Shown here: one piece after another, positions 34,258 to 43,145 of the stretch
Layout: each line of letters begins with the position of its first letter
How positions within the stretch are numbered: position 1 is the stretch's first letter
Assembly: GCA_903893925.1 (NCBI GenBank)
Contig: CAITOC010000012.1
Span: forward strand, 1 to 59,012
DNA length: 59,012 bases
Source: Candidatus Moraniibacteriota bacterium
GTDB lineage: Bacteria > Patescibacteriota > Minisyncoccia > Moranbacterales > UBA1568
Reading direction: 5' to 3'
Position numbers and translations under genes: made by a program
Notes under the pieces: model-generated
Told to the model about the DNA's origin: nothing
What the model saw: the letters and a program-made list of their open reading frames with translations, nothing else
Databases searched by the model: none

Positions 34258-34551
34258 TCAGTCATCATTCGGGTCCGCTATGGCCAATATCGCCGTGAGA
34301 GAATCGCATTCATACCTGAAAGGGACAAATTGGAACCTCCTTCCGGGATACATCTCCCGAAGCTCACGAATACAATCCGAAAATGCCTCGGCAGCAGCCC
34401 ATTTCCCTTGGGTTATCCCGTCTGGAAGTCTCAGTATTACCGTTAACGGAACTTTTGAGACGGGACGGACATTATGCTCCATATCGTGAATATCAAGCGT
34501 CCTGCCCGTCTCAAATTTCTTTCCGCAAATCTCACATGTAAATTTTGGCAC
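34258..34551 (-). CDS. Small protein with a classical C2H2 zinc-finger motif
   Basis: AAGGAGG lies 5 nt before the GTG at 34551 (alternative ATG at 34572). FTCEICGKKFETGRTLDIHDMEH fits F-x-C-x2-C-x3-F-x5-L-x2-H-x3-H exactly. Confidence 0.55.
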   Translation of the reverse strand: MPKFTCEICGKKFETGRTLDIHDMEHNVRPVSKVPLTVILRLPDGITQGKWAAAEAFSDCIRELREMYPGRRFQFVPFRYECDSLTAILAIADPNDD

Positions 34552-34633
34552 GATTTCCTCCTTGTTTTTCATTGCATAAAAGAACCACATACCGACCTGA
34601 TACGGTAGCGCATCAGCACTATTTCGTCAATCC

Positions 34634-34666
34634 AAAAACGAGAAAAACGCCCCTCGGCGTTTTCTC
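34634..34666 (-). terminator. Intrinsic terminator of pyk
   Basis: gagaaaacgcc/ggcgttttctc stem with a one-base bulge and a T5 tail on the minus strand, ~85 nt after the pyk stop. Confidence 0.7.
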
Positions 34667-34748
34667 ATTCCTCATCCCTTACTTTTCACTTTACACTCCG
34701 TTATGCTTGTGATTTTCAACTTTATGACTTTCGACTTGTGACTCTTGT

Positions 34749-36167
34749 CTACGCTTCGCGGACCATGAGGAAGTTGGTCTCGCCACCCTTGCCGAGCGGG
34801 GCGCCACCACAGACCACGAATCGGTCGCCCTTCTTGGCAAATTTCTCTTTCTTGAGGATGGTCGTCGCTTCGGACACCGCCTCGGCGATTTCCTTGAAGG
34901 AGTCGACGTGATAGCCGTAGCAACCATACGAGAGGCAGGCCCGACGGACCGTCCGCTCATTCGGAGTCAGGACGACGATCCGCTGGTCCGGACGATAGCG
35001 GGAGATGGCCCGCATCGTGAATCCGGACGCCGACAAGGCCACTATCGCGGCGGCATCGACGGAATAGGCGACCGTTTCGACCGATTCGGACACCGATTCC
35101 GCGACCGAGTCGAGACCGAGATCATCACCATCGATGATCGGACGCGTATCCGGTTCGGCTTCAATCTCCATGGCGATCTTTGACATCATCGAGACCGCCT
35201 CGACCGGGAACTTACCGAGAGTGGTCTCTTCGGAAAGCATGACCGCGTCGGTCCCATCGAGAATCGCATTGGCCACGTCGTTCACCTCGGCACGCGTCGG
35301 CACCGGGGCGCTGATCATGGATTCGAGCATCTGTGTCGCCACGATGACCGGCTTGCCGAGCTCGCGCGACATGTGCACGATCTGCTTTTGCAAAAGCGGT
35401 ACCCGCTCCATCGGCACTTCTACCGCGAGGTCGCCGCGCGCCACCATGACCGCATCAGTCGCACGGAGGATCTCTTCGAGATTGTCGATCGCCTGTGTCG
35501 TCTCGATTTTCACGATGATCTGTGCCGGGAGACCCTTCTTCTCAAGAATACGGCGAAGCTCATGCACGTCGGCTGCGCGACGCACAAACGAGAGCGCCAC
35601 GAAGTCGACCTGGTTCGATACCCCGAATTCGATATCTTTCTTATCTTTCGCGGTCAGCGAACTGATGGAAAGGTCGGTCCCCGGCAGGTTCACGCCACGA
35701 CGCCCCTTCGTCTCACCGCCGACGATGATCTTCGTCTTGATCTCATTGCCCTTGATCGAGACCACCTGAAGCTTCTTCTTGCCGTCATCGACCATGATGA
35801 ACGCTCCGGGCTTGATCTCCTGCGGAAGCTTCGGATAATTCACGGACGCACGATGCTCGTCGCCCACACACTTCTCGGTCGTCAGGACGAACTCGTCCCC
35901 TTCCTTGAGGGTCACGCGTTCCTGATAGAAATCACCGATGCGGATTTTGGGGCCCGACAGGTCCTGCAAGAGCGCTATCGGGGTCCCGAGTTTCTCGGAC
36001 ACGATGCGGATATTGTCCACTTTCTCCTGATGCTCGGCGAAGTCGCCGTGCGAGAAATTGAGACGCGCGACATTGAGTCCCGCCTTCACGAGCTTCGTGA
36101 GAACCGCTTCACTCGTCGTGACCGGGCCGATGGTCGCCACGATCTTCGTCTTCTTCAACTTATGCAT
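34749..36167 (-). CDS. pyk: Pyruvate kinase
   Basis: KIVATIGP, NFSHG, MVARGDL(A)VE and other canonical PK blocks. 472 aa. Confidence 0.95.
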   Translation of the reverse strand: MHKLKKTKIVATIGPVTTSEAVLTKLVKAGLNVARLNFSHGDFAEHQEKVDNIRIVSEKLGTPIALLQDLSGPKIRIGDFYQERVTLKEGDEFVLTTEKCVGDEHRASVNYPKLPQEIKPGAFIMVDDGKKKLQVVSIKGNEIKTKIIVGGETKGRRGVNLPGTDLSISSLTAKDKKDIEFGVSNQVDFVALSFVRRAADVHELRRILEKKGLPAQIIVKIETTQAIDNLEEILRATDAVMVARGDLAVEVPMERVPLLQKQIVHMSRELGKPVIVATQMLESMISAPVPTRAEVNDVANAILDGTDAVMLSEETTLGKFPVEAVSMMSKIAMEIEAEPDTRPIIDGDDLGLDSVAESVSESVETVAYSVDAAAIVALSASGFTMRAISRYRPDQRIVVLTPNERTVRRACLSYGCYGYHVDSFKEIAEAVSEATTILKKEKFAKKGDRFVVCGGAPLGKGGETNFLMVREA

Positions 36168-36345
36168 ACCGTTTCGTTACTCAATTAATGACTGGGAACA
36201 CATTCGAACATCGTACGCTACTTCCGGGAAAAAATCAAGCCACATCGTGCACGAACGACATGGCAATAGCACAAAAAACCTCCAAACTTGCCCAAAACCC
36301 GCTTTCAGCATTAAATGAAGAGGCAGGGACACCAAACACTCCACT

Positions 36346-37851
36346 ATGAAACACCCCGAACTCATGACACTCGACGAAGTCCTCAAGGCTTCCCGACGTC
36401 CATTCACCGCCGAAGAACGCCGGTTCATTCAGGAAGCCTATACGTTTGCCCTGGAAGCGCACGAGGGGCAGGACCGCAAATCCGGCGAGCCCTATGTCAC
36501 ACATTCCATCGCCGTCACCAAGATCCTCGCCGAAATCGGTATGGACAAGGAAACCCTTGCAGCCGGGCTCTTGCACGATGTCCCGGAGGATACCGACCAC
36601 ACGCTTGCGGAAGTGGAAAAGCGGTTCGGAGCGGAAGTCGCCGCACTTGTCGACGGTATCACCAAGCTCGGTCGGATCAAACTGCGCGGTTCCCGCGAGG
36701 AATACTTCCTCGAGAACCTGCGCAAGATGTTCCTCGCGATGGCGACCGATATACGGGTCGTCATCATCAAGCTCGCCGACCGCTTGCACAATATGCGAAC
36801 GCTCGACGCTCTTCCGCCGGAGAAACGGGAACGCATCGCGCGCGAGACGATGGATATCTACGCGCAGATCGCGAACCGGCTCGGCATAAGCGAGATCAAG
36901 GGCGAGCTCGAGGACCTTTCCTTCAAATATCTCGACCCGGAACATTATGAGGAAATGCGAAAGATCGAGGAGACGTATGTCCGCGAAGGCAAGACATACC
37001 TCGAACGGGTCATCGGGATTCTTCGCAAGGAGCTCGGGAACGACGGCATCAAGATCGTCGACATCGACGGCCGGACCAAGCACCTCTACCGTCTCTTCCG
37101 CAAACTGCAGAAGCACGACATGGAGATCGCCCGCGTGTACGACCTCGTCGCCGTGCGTATCATCGTCCCCGAGATCGTCGATTGCTACGAGACACTCGGT
37201 TCGATCCACAAGCGGTACCGCCCGCTCGTCGGTCGCATCAAGGACTACATCTCGCTCCCGAAACCCAACGGCTACCAGTCGCTCCATACGACCGTCTTCG
37301 GCCCCGAAGGACGCATCTTCGAACTGCAGATCCGCACGCCCAAGATGCACGACGAGGCGGAATACGGCATCGCCGCACACTGGATCTATACCGAGAAGGA
37401 ACGCGGCGGTTGGCGCTCGTTCGTCTTCGGCAAGAAACCGTCCCCCACCGCCAAACCCAAAGAGGTCGCCTGGGTCGCCCAGCTCAAGGAATGGCAGAAG
37501 GAGGTCGGCCGCGACGACGCGGAATTCCTCTCCGGTCTCAAGATCGAGTTCTTCAAGAACCACATCTTCGCCTTCACCCCGCTTGGCGACATCATCGAGC
37601 TCCCCGAAGAGGCGACGCCGATCGATTTCGCCTATGCGATCCACTCCGAGATCGGTGAGCACGCCGTCGGCGCGAAGATCGACGGCAAGATGTCCTCGCT
37701 CGACTCCGTCATCAGAAACGGTCAGGTCGTCGAGATCCTCGTCGCCAAGGACCGCAAGAAGCCCAACGCCGACTGGCTCCGCTTCGTAAAGACCTCGACC
37801 GCCAAATCCAAGATCCGCCGAGCGTTCAGGGAAGACGAGGAGAACAAATAA
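36346..37851 (+). CDS. rel: Rel/SpoT-family (p)ppGpp synthetase/hydrolase, short form (HD + synthetase + TGS, no ACT/RRM tail)
   Basis: HD domain (HSIAV...HDVPEDT), synthetase block (RIKDYISLPKPNGYQSLHTTV) and TGS (IFAFTPLGDIIELP...GAKIDGK). Only 501 aa. Confidence 0.9.
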   Translation: MKHPELMTLDEVLKASRRPFTAEERRFIQEAYTFALEAHEGQDRKSGEPYVTHSIAVTKILAEIGMDKETLAAGLLHDVPEDTDHTLAEVEKRFGAEVAALVDGITKLGRIKLRGSREEYFLENLRKMFLAMATDIRVVIIKLADRLHNMRTLDALPPEKRERIARETMDIYAQIANRLGISEIKGELEDLSFKYLDPEHYEEMRKIEETYVREGKTYLERVIGILRKELGNDGIKIVDIDGRTKHLYRLFRKLQKHDMEIARVYDLVAVRIIVPEIVDCYETLGSIHKRYRPLVGRIKDYISLPKPNGYQSLHTTVFGPEGRIFELQIRTPKMHDEAEYGIAAHWIYTEKERGGWRSFVFGKKPSPTAKPKEVAWVAQLKEWQKEVGRDDAEFLSGLKIEFFKNHIFAFTPLGDIIELPEEATPIDFAYAIHSEIGEHAVGAKIDGKMSSLDSVIRNGQVVEILVAKDRKKPNADWLRFVKTSTAKSKIRRAFREDEENK

Positions 37852-37945
37852 TCGAAAGCATGCCCCGTGGCCGTGTCCACACGGCTCTACGGGATCGAAA
37901 GTCCTACCCGCACAATACGTAAAGCATTTCGATTAGTGAAATAAG

Positions 37946-37978
37946 AAAAAGGATTCCATTTTGATGGAATCCTTTTTT
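37946..37978. terminator. Bidirectional intrinsic terminator
   Basis: aaaaaggattccat-tttg-atggaatccttttt. Confidence 0.8.
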
Positions 37979-38073
37979 ACTTTCAAGTTTGGTCAGGGTT
38001 TTGCTTCGGTTTGTGAAACAAGAAAGACAAACCCCCTCTCTTTTAAATCCCCGATTTAGAAGTTTTATGTAAG

Positions 38074-38427
38074 CTACCGACGGTCAAAACGCCTCTGCAC
38101 CAAGCGATACGAACCTATCGCTATTTTTGGTAGGAACGTTATCGGGTTCCACCTGAGAATACTCTTTCTCTGTGAAAACTCTTCCGCTCCTGCTGCCGGC
38201 AATAGAGCTATCATGGCACTCACGAACAACGAAAACAATGACCAGCCTAACAAGTAATAGTAATCCCTCTCGCCATTCAGATACGGCATGACGACAACGA
38301 AGGACCCGACCCAAACAAAGGCATAGACGGTCTCCTCGATCCACAGTAAACCGAATTTCAGAAGACCGATCAGATTTTCGGTGATAATCCGAAAAACACG
38401 CGGCGTAGATACTGAAGTGACAAGCAT
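38074..38427 (-). CDS. Small membrane protein, AT-rich gene
   Basis: SD AAGGAGGAAG upstream of the ATG. ~3 TM helices. Confidence 0.55.
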   Translation of the reverse strand: MLVTSVSTPRVFRIITENLIGLLKFGLLWIEETVYAFVWVGSFVVVMPYLNGERDYYYLLGWSLFSLFVSAMIALLPAAGAEEFSQRKSILRWNPITFLPKIAIGSYRLVQRRFDRR

Positions 38428-38475
38428 CTTATCTTCCTCCTTATATTATAAACGTTAATGAGCATTGTGCTCTGT

Positions 38476-38503
38476 ATTGTACATATTTCTATCATTTTGT
38501 CAA
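38476..38503 (-). promoter_or_regulatory. Sigma70-like promoter
   Basis: Minus strand TTGACA (38498..38503), 16-nt spacer, TACAAT (38476..38481). Confidence 0.55.
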
Positions 38504-38574
38504 TATCAAGCATAAGAAAACACCTTTTTAAAGGCATTTTATGAAAGAAAATATATCTGCTCTCTTTCACTTCA

Positions 38575-39051
38575 TCATTTAGAAGTTGCTCCGGTTTCAA
38601 TACCGTCTCCGATCTTCACCCCCGACAATGCGCCGGCATTCGTTTCGAGCACCTCGGTCGCGGTGGTATCGGGAGTCATGATCACGGTCGAATCGGCGGG
38701 GATATTTTTCTCGATGAAGACGATTTTGCCATCGCGGATCCAGGCGAGGTCGAGCGGGAATCGCATCCCCTTCATCCAAAACGGATAAATGCCCGGGACA
38801 TCGAAACGGAACAGCATCGCACAGTCCGTACAAAGAGAATCGCGATACCCGAGTCCAAGTTCACGCGACTTTTCCGTATCGGCGATCTCCGTCGAGAAAG
38901 TACGTCCGCCGACTATGGCGGCGATACTTCCCGGCGCGATCGGAATTGTCGCCGGCGACTTTTCGTATCGAAAAACGAACCACGCGGCCGCGATCACGAC
39001 CGGTAACATGACGAGGGCGTACAAGCGAAGTGCTTTGGGGTCAAGAACCAT
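38575..39051 (-). CDS. DUF192 (COG1430) domain protein
   Basis: TM anchor followed by LGYRDSL...AMLFRFD...YPFWMKGMRFPLDLAWI, the typical DUF192 pattern. Confidence 0.7.
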   Translation of the reverse strand: MVLDPKALRLYALVMLPVVIAAAWFVFRYEKSPATIPIAPGSIAAIVGGRTFSTEIADTEKSRELGLGYRDSLCTDCAMLFRFDVPGIYPFWMKGMRFPLDLAWIRDGKIVFIEKNIPADSTVIMTPDTTATEVLETNAGALSGVKIGDGIETGATSK

Positions 39052-39141
39052 GACTATTCTCAGTAAATAATTTATCTTTCATCGATACATTCATATACAG
39101 GAATCAAAGCACAAACACCAAACAAAACATGAAAGTTCAAA

Positions 39142-40179
39142 CTACAAACGTGGAACAGAATCTCGTTCACTGTCTTTTTGATGTTTCCCGAGACCGAATG
39201 CGAGGAAAATAAATCCGGCGGCGAGAGCGATGAGAAAGAATGCTTTGCCGATCGCCGGAAGCGACAGCGCCACTAGTCCGGAAAGGATGGAAATCGCCGT
39301 GTAGGAAGTCATGATAACACGATCAGAAAGACCTGCCTGTCGCAGGCGGTCATGCAGATGACGTTCATCCCCTCCGTGAAACGGCGACTTGCCGGCGCGG
39401 ATTCGTGCCATGATCACGAAGCACGCATCGAGCACCGGCACGGACAGCACGAGTAAGGTTGTCGCGATCTTGGCGCCGGAAAAAAGCGCGAGCGCCGCCA
39501 CGCCGAAACCGAGAAAATACGCACCGGATGTCCCCGCCAGGAGCCGCGCCGGTGGTACATTGAACACGAGAAATCCAAGCGAAAGACCGGCGAAGACACA
39601 CGCGAGAATGGCAACCGTCGGCTGATTCACTTCCGGTCGAAGACTGACAAAAAACAACGTGACGAACGCCGAAAGTGATACGCCTCCCAAGAGACCATCC
39701 ACCCCGTCGGCCCAGTTCATCGCATTCATGATGAGAAGCGTGAATACGATACCGACAAAAAGACTGACCCATACGGATGTTTCGGGATACAGAAACCATG
39801 GATCACCGAACGGGTTCGTCAGCACCCATGCCCGCATACCGGAGAAAAAAATAAGTCCTGCCAGACCGATTTGGAACAATATCTGCGGCTTCCATCCGAT
39901 CGGTGTCCGGTCATCGAGTGTCCCAAAAAGGAGAACGAGACACCCTCCCGCGATCAAACCGAGAAGCGGTCCGGAAAATACGAGCTCACGATTGAAAACG
40001 ATCGCGACCAAAAACGCCCCGACCAACGCCGCTCCACCGAGCCGTGGAAGCACTTTGTGCGTACGGCCAGCCTCAATCCTCGACACAGTGAACCGCTTCC
40101 CCACGATTGGGACGATCTGAAACAACGCGACTGCGGTAAAAAACGATATCAGAAATGGGAAAAGGAATTGCTCAAGCAT
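39142..40179 (-). CDS. WecA/MraY-family (GT4) polyprenyl-phosphate N-acetylhexosamine-1-phosphate transferase
   Basis: NAMNWADGVDGL and DERHLHDRL motifs. ORF trimmed to MLEQFLFPF because the upstream extension only translates the palindromic repeat. Confidence 0.8.
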   Translation of the reverse strand: MLEQFLFPFLISFFTAVALFQIVPIVGKRFTVSRIEAGRTHKVLPRLGGAALVGAFLVAIVFNRELVFSGPLLGLIAGGCLVLLFGTLDDRTPIGWKPQILFQIGLAGLIFFSGMRAWVLTNPFGDPWFLYPETSVWVSLFVGIVFTLLIMNAMNWADGVDGLLGGVSLSAFVTLFFVSLRPEVNQPTVAILACVFAGLSLGFLVFNVPPARLLAGTSGAYFLGFGVAALALFSGAKIATTLLVLSVPVLDACFVIMARIRAGKSPFHGGDERHLHDRLRQAGLSDRVIMTSYTAISILSGLVALSLPAIGKAFFLIALAAGFIFLAFGLGKHQKDSERDSVPRL

Positions 40180-40199
40180 AGACTGTTTTGTGATTTTGT

Positions 40200-40231
40200 G
40201 GGAGTTCGACTCCCATGGGAGTCGAACTCCC
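40200..40231. repeat. Family-2 REP-like perfect palindrome
   Basis: GGGAGTTCGACTCCC-AT-GGGAGTCGAACTCCC. Each 15-nt half is itself a 5-bp hairpin. Confidence 0.9.
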
Positions 40232-40237
40232 TTATAT

Positions 40238-40930
40238 TCAATTTTCCAATAAATATTTTTGAAAGTCCTTCTTCTCCTTAAAATAAAGCGTATTAGAATC
40301 AAGAAATTCCTTATAAGCAGATACGTCTTTAAACTGTCCAAGAATAACATCTTTGTTACAAAGAGATCCTTCCTGTCTTTCTCCTAGATAATCCGTTGCA
40401 CTACAATATGTCCACTCGCTTTCTTGATTCAATAAAGTCTTTTCTTCATCCAAATCCCCATACCCGTGAATTCGGTAATTTCTATTTACATAGACAGAAA
40501 GATGCAGAAGATACTCATTCGAATCTATGTGTATCGACTTAAACTTTCCCTGAAAGAGTGCGCCCGAACGCTCATACCGTTTATTGAAATAATTCGTGTA
40601 GCCCGTTCCGATTTTCTGCATGAACCGTTCGATACCTTTTTCCGATATCTGCTTTACGATAAGATGATAGTGGTTCGGATTTAAACAATACGCAACAATT
40701 TCAACAAGTGCTGAAAAAGGGAGTTCGACTCCCATGGGAGTCGAACTCCCTTTTTTCATCTCACGCAAACTAAGTTCATACAAACTTCCGATTGGCTCGG
40801 ACCTCTTGAACGCTTGAAGGCAAGTTAAGAATCTCCGATAATCCACCTCATCAATAAAAACTTCGCGTTTGTCGACGCCACGATTATAAACGTGATAATA
40901 TTCGCCATTAGAGAGGCTTGTCTTTCTCAT
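40238..40930 (-). CDS. IS200/IS605-like Y1 HUH transposase (REP-associated tyrosine transposase type)
   Basis: EYYHVYNRGV, HUH motif in NPNHYHLIV, and downstream Tyr-containing YVNRN region. The gene is visibly more AT-rich than its neighbours. Confidence 0.75.
   Translation of the reverse strand: MRKTSLSNGEYYHVYNRGVDKREVFIDEVDYRRFLTCLQAFKRSEPIGSLYELSLREMKKGSSTPMGVELPFSALVEIVAYCLNPNHYHLIVKQISEKGIERFMQKIGTGYTNYFNKRYERSGALFQGKFKSIHIDSNEYLLHLSVYVNRNYRIHGYGDLDEEKTLLNQESEWTYCSATDYLGERQEGSLCNKDVILGQFKDVSAYKEFLDSNTLYFKEKKDFQKYLLEN
40714..40755. repeat. Family-2 palindrome copy embedded in frame in the transposase CDS
   Basis: AAAAA-GGGAGTTCGACTCCCATGGGAGTCGAACTCCC-TTTTT encodes KKGSSTPMGVELPF. Confidence 0.9.
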
Positions 40931-40967
40931 ACAGATGCGTTCATAGGAGTCGAACTCCTGAACCAGA

Positions 40968-42683
40968 TCACTTCCTCCGCACCTTTTCCGTCACCCAAAA
41001 TTCGCCGAAGTACTTGCCACGGAGGATGCGGGTCTGCGCGTCGAGCGCCGGGATGGCCATCAGGAGCGACACGAACGGCGCGAGGAACCACTGTGCGAAC
41101 ATGAACACCGTCTTCCACCGGCTATACCGTTTCGGCCGCTTCGGCAACATCAGAAAAGAGAGGAACACGAGCGTGACAAGTCCTCCCATGGAGAGCGTCA
41201 TGAGGACCCGGGTAACGACCGGCAGATTATGTGCGAGCACGCTCTCATTGAATACCGTCCCACCGAGAAAGAGCGGGAGCCAACCGAGAAACGACAGGAT
41301 GAGCGGGGCCGTCGCCCACGACATGTGTCCTTCGAGCGTCTCCTCGGTGACCCGAAGTTTCTTGCTGAGTGGCACCTGCTTGTCGGGCCACAGGGCACGC
41401 ATCATGACCGGGAAGTTCTCGATGCCATACGCCCACCGACGATTCTGCTTATAAGCATTGCCGAGGGTTTTCATATAGGTGTCGGCCAGTACCGCGTCGA
41501 GCGAGACCGGGAGCGGAATGAGCCGGACTTTGTAGTCGCCATGGAAATACGAGAAGGCCTTCCAGTAGATGACGGAGTCCTCGGAAATCATGTTCACCGG
41601 CCAATATCCGACGCGCACCAGTGTGTCGAACGGCTCGGAATGCGACGAGAACGTAACCATCTCGCGACGGGTCCCCTGATACATGTGCCAAAACGATGAG
41701 CCAGTCACGGTGACACGGACCAAAGCATTGGTATCCCACAGGTTATTATGATACATCGGGAGTGGCTGGTATGCACGCCTCAATCGATCCGGATCGGTGA
41801 CATAGGCGTATGCGAGGGCAGAAAAGTATTCCGGATGCGCAACCGTGTCACAATCGAAGTTCGAGAAAATAACCCGGTCATACGGGATATTTCGTTCATC
41901 GAGATAGATGCGGAGTTTCTTGGCCGCATACCCGGCATTCGACGCCTTGCACTTGAGTTCGCCCGGAGCCACTTCGTGTGTGGTCACGAGGAAATCCCGG
42001 AATATGCCATCGAACTTTTTCCGAAGGATTTCGATTTTCGGCAGTCGGGTCTCTTCCGGTTCGCGTTCCTCCGTCGCGAGAATGATAATCATCTGCGATT
42101 TCGGAAAAGTCGATTCAGCGATCGATCGTATGGCCTGTTCTATGATATCCGCGCCTTCCCCGACTGTCGGCAGAAGAACGGCATGGATGATTTCCTGATG
42201 ATCCATGATCTCTTCTTCGTGCTCCAGAAGTTCCGTGATCTCTTGGGAATGGCGGATGAGTTCTTGCCGTTCTCGACGGACGATCATCTTCTGCCGAAAA
42301 GGCATCTTCTCCTCACGGAGGACACGACGAAGGAATGCCGCCCGATCGAACAATTCCTGACGGTACCGCGTCAAATCACGGGAGCGTACCAGTCGCTCCC
42401 ACCAGTTGATTCGCATACCACGTTTGAGTCCTCGGTACGACAATACCGAAAAGAACGTCACGTATGCGGTCAGAAACAGCCAATAGATGTCGTAAATGAT
42501 GACGAAGGTAGCGGCAGCAAGCGGTGCGAGCCACGAGGCGAGCAGTATGCCGGACACCACGGACCACGAAAGTGTCCCGGGAATAATCTCGAGTGCCCGC
42601 TGGATACGCCGTTCCCGTTTATCGGTCGTCTTCGGATTAGGGAACTGGAATAACTCCTCTTTGTCGTATTTCTTATCAGGCAT
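40968..42683 (-). CDS. Membrane-embedded GT2 glycosyltransferase (processive synthase-like)
   Basis: QxxRW motif (KQNRRWAYG), a cytosolic GT-A region between N- and C-terminal TM bundles, and FDCD in the DxD position. Confidence 0.7.
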   Translation of the reverse strand: MPDKKYDKEELFQFPNPKTTDKRERRIQRALEIIPGTLSWSVVSGILLASWLAPLAAATFVIIYDIYWLFLTAYVTFFSVLSYRGLKRGMRINWWERLVRSRDLTRYRQELFDRAAFLRRVLREEKMPFRQKMIVRRERQELIRHSQEITELLEHEEEIMDHQEIIHAVLLPTVGEGADIIEQAIRSIAESTFPKSQMIIILATEEREPEETRLPKIEILRKKFDGIFRDFLVTTHEVAPGELKCKASNAGYAAKKLRIYLDERNIPYDRVIFSNFDCDTVAHPEYFSALAYAYVTDPDRLRRAYQPLPMYHNNLWDTNALVRVTVTGSSFWHMYQGTRREMVTFSSHSEPFDTLVRVGYWPVNMISEDSVIYWKAFSYFHGDYKVRLIPLPVSLDAVLADTYMKTLGNAYKQNRRWAYGIENFPVMMRALWPDKQVPLSKKLRVTEETLEGHMSWATAPLILSFLGWLPLFLGGTVFNESVLAHNLPVVTRVLMTLSMGGLVTLVFLSFLMLPKRPKRYSRWKTVFMFAQWFLAPFVSLLMAIPALDAQTRILRGKYFGEFWVTEKVRRK

Positions 42684-42692
42684 GATTTCGGG

Positions 42693-43145
42693 TCAGGAAT
42701 TGATAAATGAGAGCGCCGCCGTCACCACACCCGCGGAGAGCGTTGCGAGAAACGCCGCAAACAGCAGGATATGCGCTGCGACACGCTCCCGTACGGCATA
42801 GAACCGGGAGGCGAGCATGACGTTTAGCAACAAAAATGAGAGTGCCGTCGCGGGAATAAGGAGTGCCTGCCAAGGACTTCCCACGATATCGACACCGAAA
42901 TAGACATTGAAATGAAGGACGATGGTAGCCCCCGCTCCACGAATGATGAAGACAATGACTGCGAGAAATGAGAGGACAATGATGGACAACGATGCGATGA
43001 GAAGGGTTCTGACGAGCGGGTTCTCAAAAAACGTCATCCCATCGTCAGCGTCGTCGACAACTACCACACCCGCATCGTCCACCGACACTGAACGATCGCG
43101 AGGTGCGCCGGCATCACGTTTTTTCCAAAAAGGAAGGTACTTCAT
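42693..43145 (-). CDS. Small membrane protein
   Basis: 150 aa with 3-4 TM helices. Its start overlaps the rmuC stop by 4 nt. Confidence 0.5.
   Translation of the reverse strand: MKYLPFWKKRDAGAPRDRSVSVDDAGVVVVDDADDGMTFFENPLVRTLLIASLSIIVLSFLAVIVFIIRGAGATIVLHFNVYFGVDIVGSPWQALLIPATALSFLLLNVMLASRFYAVRERVAAHILLFAAFLATLSAGVVTAALSFINS

Larger units (their letters stand above)
40200..40958 (-). mobile_element. RAYT-type unit: HUH transposase gene bracketed by palindromic REP-like sequences
   Basis: The AT-rich CDS is flanked by a 32-nt perfect palindrome (40200..40231) and a half-site hairpin (40946..40958), with a third palindrome inside the CDS. Confidence 0.65.

Noticed and set aside
36235-37662. 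475-aa ORF on the minus strand opposite the Rel/SpoT gene
   Set aside because: It is fully antisense to a CDS with unmistakable HD, synthetase and TGS motifs. Its translation is low-complexity (D/E/G/R/L/V-rich) with no motifs, so it is a typical shadow ORF.
40180-40350. N-terminal 57-aa extension of the WecA-like ORF (start at 40350)
   Set aside because: The extension overlaps the transposase CDS and simply translates the 32-nt palindrome (GVRLPWESNS). The conserved family sequence begins at MLEQFLFPF (40179).
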